Source of the DNA: Mesotaenium endlicherianum
Taxonomy: Eukaryota
Direction of reading: 5' to 3'
NCBI GenBank assembly: GCA_009602735.1
Contig: WELA01000937.1
Span: 178,092 to 242,091 of the forward strand
Length of the DNA: 64,000 nucleotides
Program-made: the position numbers and the translations under genes
Shown here: one piece after another, positions 62,401 through 64,000 of the stretch
How positions within the stretch are numbered: the first letter of the stretch is position 1
How the letters are laid out: each line of letters opens with the position of its first letter
The notes under the pieces: generated by a model
The model's input: only the letters and a program-made list of their open reading frames with translations
Database searches by the model: none
What the model was told of the DNA's origin: nothing

Positions 62401-63978
62401 GGCTTGGACGCCACCTGTCGCGCGGCTACGGGGTGCCGCGGAGAGGCGAGCGGGACGGGGGCGACGCAGCGCAGCGCAGCGCAACGCGCAACGCTAGGGC
62501 TTAGATGCTGCTTGTTGTCGCGCAGCCGCGGCGGGGTGAAGGTCCCGCTCCCCCGGAATCAGATGCGCGCGTGCGACGGCAGAAGCTCCGCAGTGTGTGG
62601 AAGGGGGGAGCTGTTGACCATTGACTGCAGGGGGGGCGGGACAGTAGAGCCTTCCTCCAGCAGAGCAGAAGCAGAAGCAGAAGCAGAAGCAGTGCCGAGT
62701 GGAGCAGAGCGGAGCAGAGCAGAAGCAGAGCAGAAGCGGAGCAGAAGCAGAGCGGGGGAAACGGAACGCCTGCAGCATTTGAGGAGGCTCGAGCAGCAGG
62801 CGCGGGATGGAGGGCGAGCTGCCACGCGAGAGGCGGGAGCCGAGGGGCAGCGCGAAGGCGAGCAGGATGGGGAGCAGGAAGAAGGGGAGTGGGTGTGAAG
62901 AGGCAACGCGAGGGCGTGGGTGGCGTCGCTGCGCCACGTGGCGTAAAATCTGGTAGCGGCGCGCGCGCGCGCGCGCATGTGTGTGTGCGTGCGCGCGCGC
63001 GTGTACTTAGTGTGTGCGTGTGTGCTTAGTCTGTGTCTGTGTGCGCTTCGCGTGTGCTTAGTGTGTATGTGTGAGTGCTTAGTGTGCTTAGTGTGTGTGT
63101 ATGTGCGTGTGCTTAGTGTGCTTACTGTGCATGGCGTGCTTAGTGTGCGTGTGTCTAGTGTGAGATATGTGCGCAGCACGTGCATTGTCTCCCTAAGTTG
63201 CTACACAAATGGAAGAGCTGAGCACCCAACCAGGTCTCAGTTCGAAGCCACGGACCAGCCCACAAAGAAGAAGCGAGATCCAGGACCTTTGCAAAGGCGC
63301 CCAAATTCAGAAGTCTACCCATAGGACTGAGGACATGTGTCAGTGATAAGTCTAGGCTGAAGCAGCCTCACTAAAAGAAAGATAAGAAGAAACCTGGTCA
63401 CTGACCAGCAGCACGAGTCTACTGCTGCTTTGTAGCTGACTACTGGAAGTCAACCAGTGGCCCTGGGGAAGTTAACTTTCAGGTCAAAAGTCAGCTGCAT
63501 TTGACGCCTACCTAGGTAAGCCCTGGCTGAGGTCCAGCTCAGCATCTTGAGGCCCGTACTCAACGCCATCCTCTGAGGGACCCACAATTTGACCGAATGG
63601 AGCAAATGCCTCCGCTGTAAGCTCCAAGGGCTTGATCCGCAGCGTCCTGACGGAATTCTCGACGTTATCTCCCGCGTCTACAGATGTCTCATGCGTTGTA
63701 GGTCCAGCAGATGACGACCTACAGAGAATCGTGCTGGACACTCTGCGCTTGACACTGTGGAATGGATGGCCGAGTGAGCATCCGACGCTGGCATTACGGC
63801 ATGTCATTGCAAGTGGCCTGCTATCAGCACCTCTAGCTCTAGTACGAATTTGCTTTGACTTGTAGTGTACGGGCTGCTGTGGACCCACGATGATACCCGC
63901 CAATTCTTTTGTAAGCTTTATGCTACGAAGTGACGAGCACAATGAGGAGGACATATCTACTGCTGCTAGTAAAGCCAT
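59496..63978 (-). CDS. Ureidoglycolate lyase/hydrolase-like (AllA-type cupin) protein with an N-terminal extension
   Basis: Phase-consistent exons 63978-63512, 62301-62156, 61521-61334 and 59567-59496. They read LTAEAFAPFGQ...DLSQGLPRFYIMRL...ITHHASVTQCLGS...KLHAATWHAGP...FYNLELADTNVVDHTTH. Confidence 0.9.
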
Positions 63979-64000
63979 GTTGGGCGACAAGCACTTGACG

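Overview
Draft-assembly window (three long N-gaps) from a photosynthetic plant-lineage eukaryote; a streptophyte alga is likely but is an inference. Host genes are intron-rich: a PTC7-type PP2C exon, a FAP1-like chalcone-isomerase-fold gene, a CYP72-clan P450, CP12, two inverted copies of a SAM-domain gene, and a ureidoglycolate-lyase-like gene. The main feature is a three-level nest at 12180-31791. A small hAT-type MITE is interrupted by an unusual Ty3/Gypsy-type retroelement (12323-31483), which is in turn interrupted by a young, intact chromovirus (19604-26283, minus strand). The middle element encodes Gag, protease, a complete C5 DNA cytosine methyltransferase, RT, RNase H, a DDE integrase and a PHD finger. 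Instead of two LTRs it has split direct repeats, A-[internal]-B-A-B. Its ends are TGTCG...CGACA with a GCAG target duplication, and they derive from a palindrome inside the LTR (CGACA-GC-TGTCG). The ends defined by reverse transcription (a Tf1-like self-priming site and the PPT) are joined head-to-tail inside the element. This is the product expected if a 2-LTR circle was integrated by a DDE integrase cutting at an internal att palindrome. That mechanism is a hypothesis based on this one copy.
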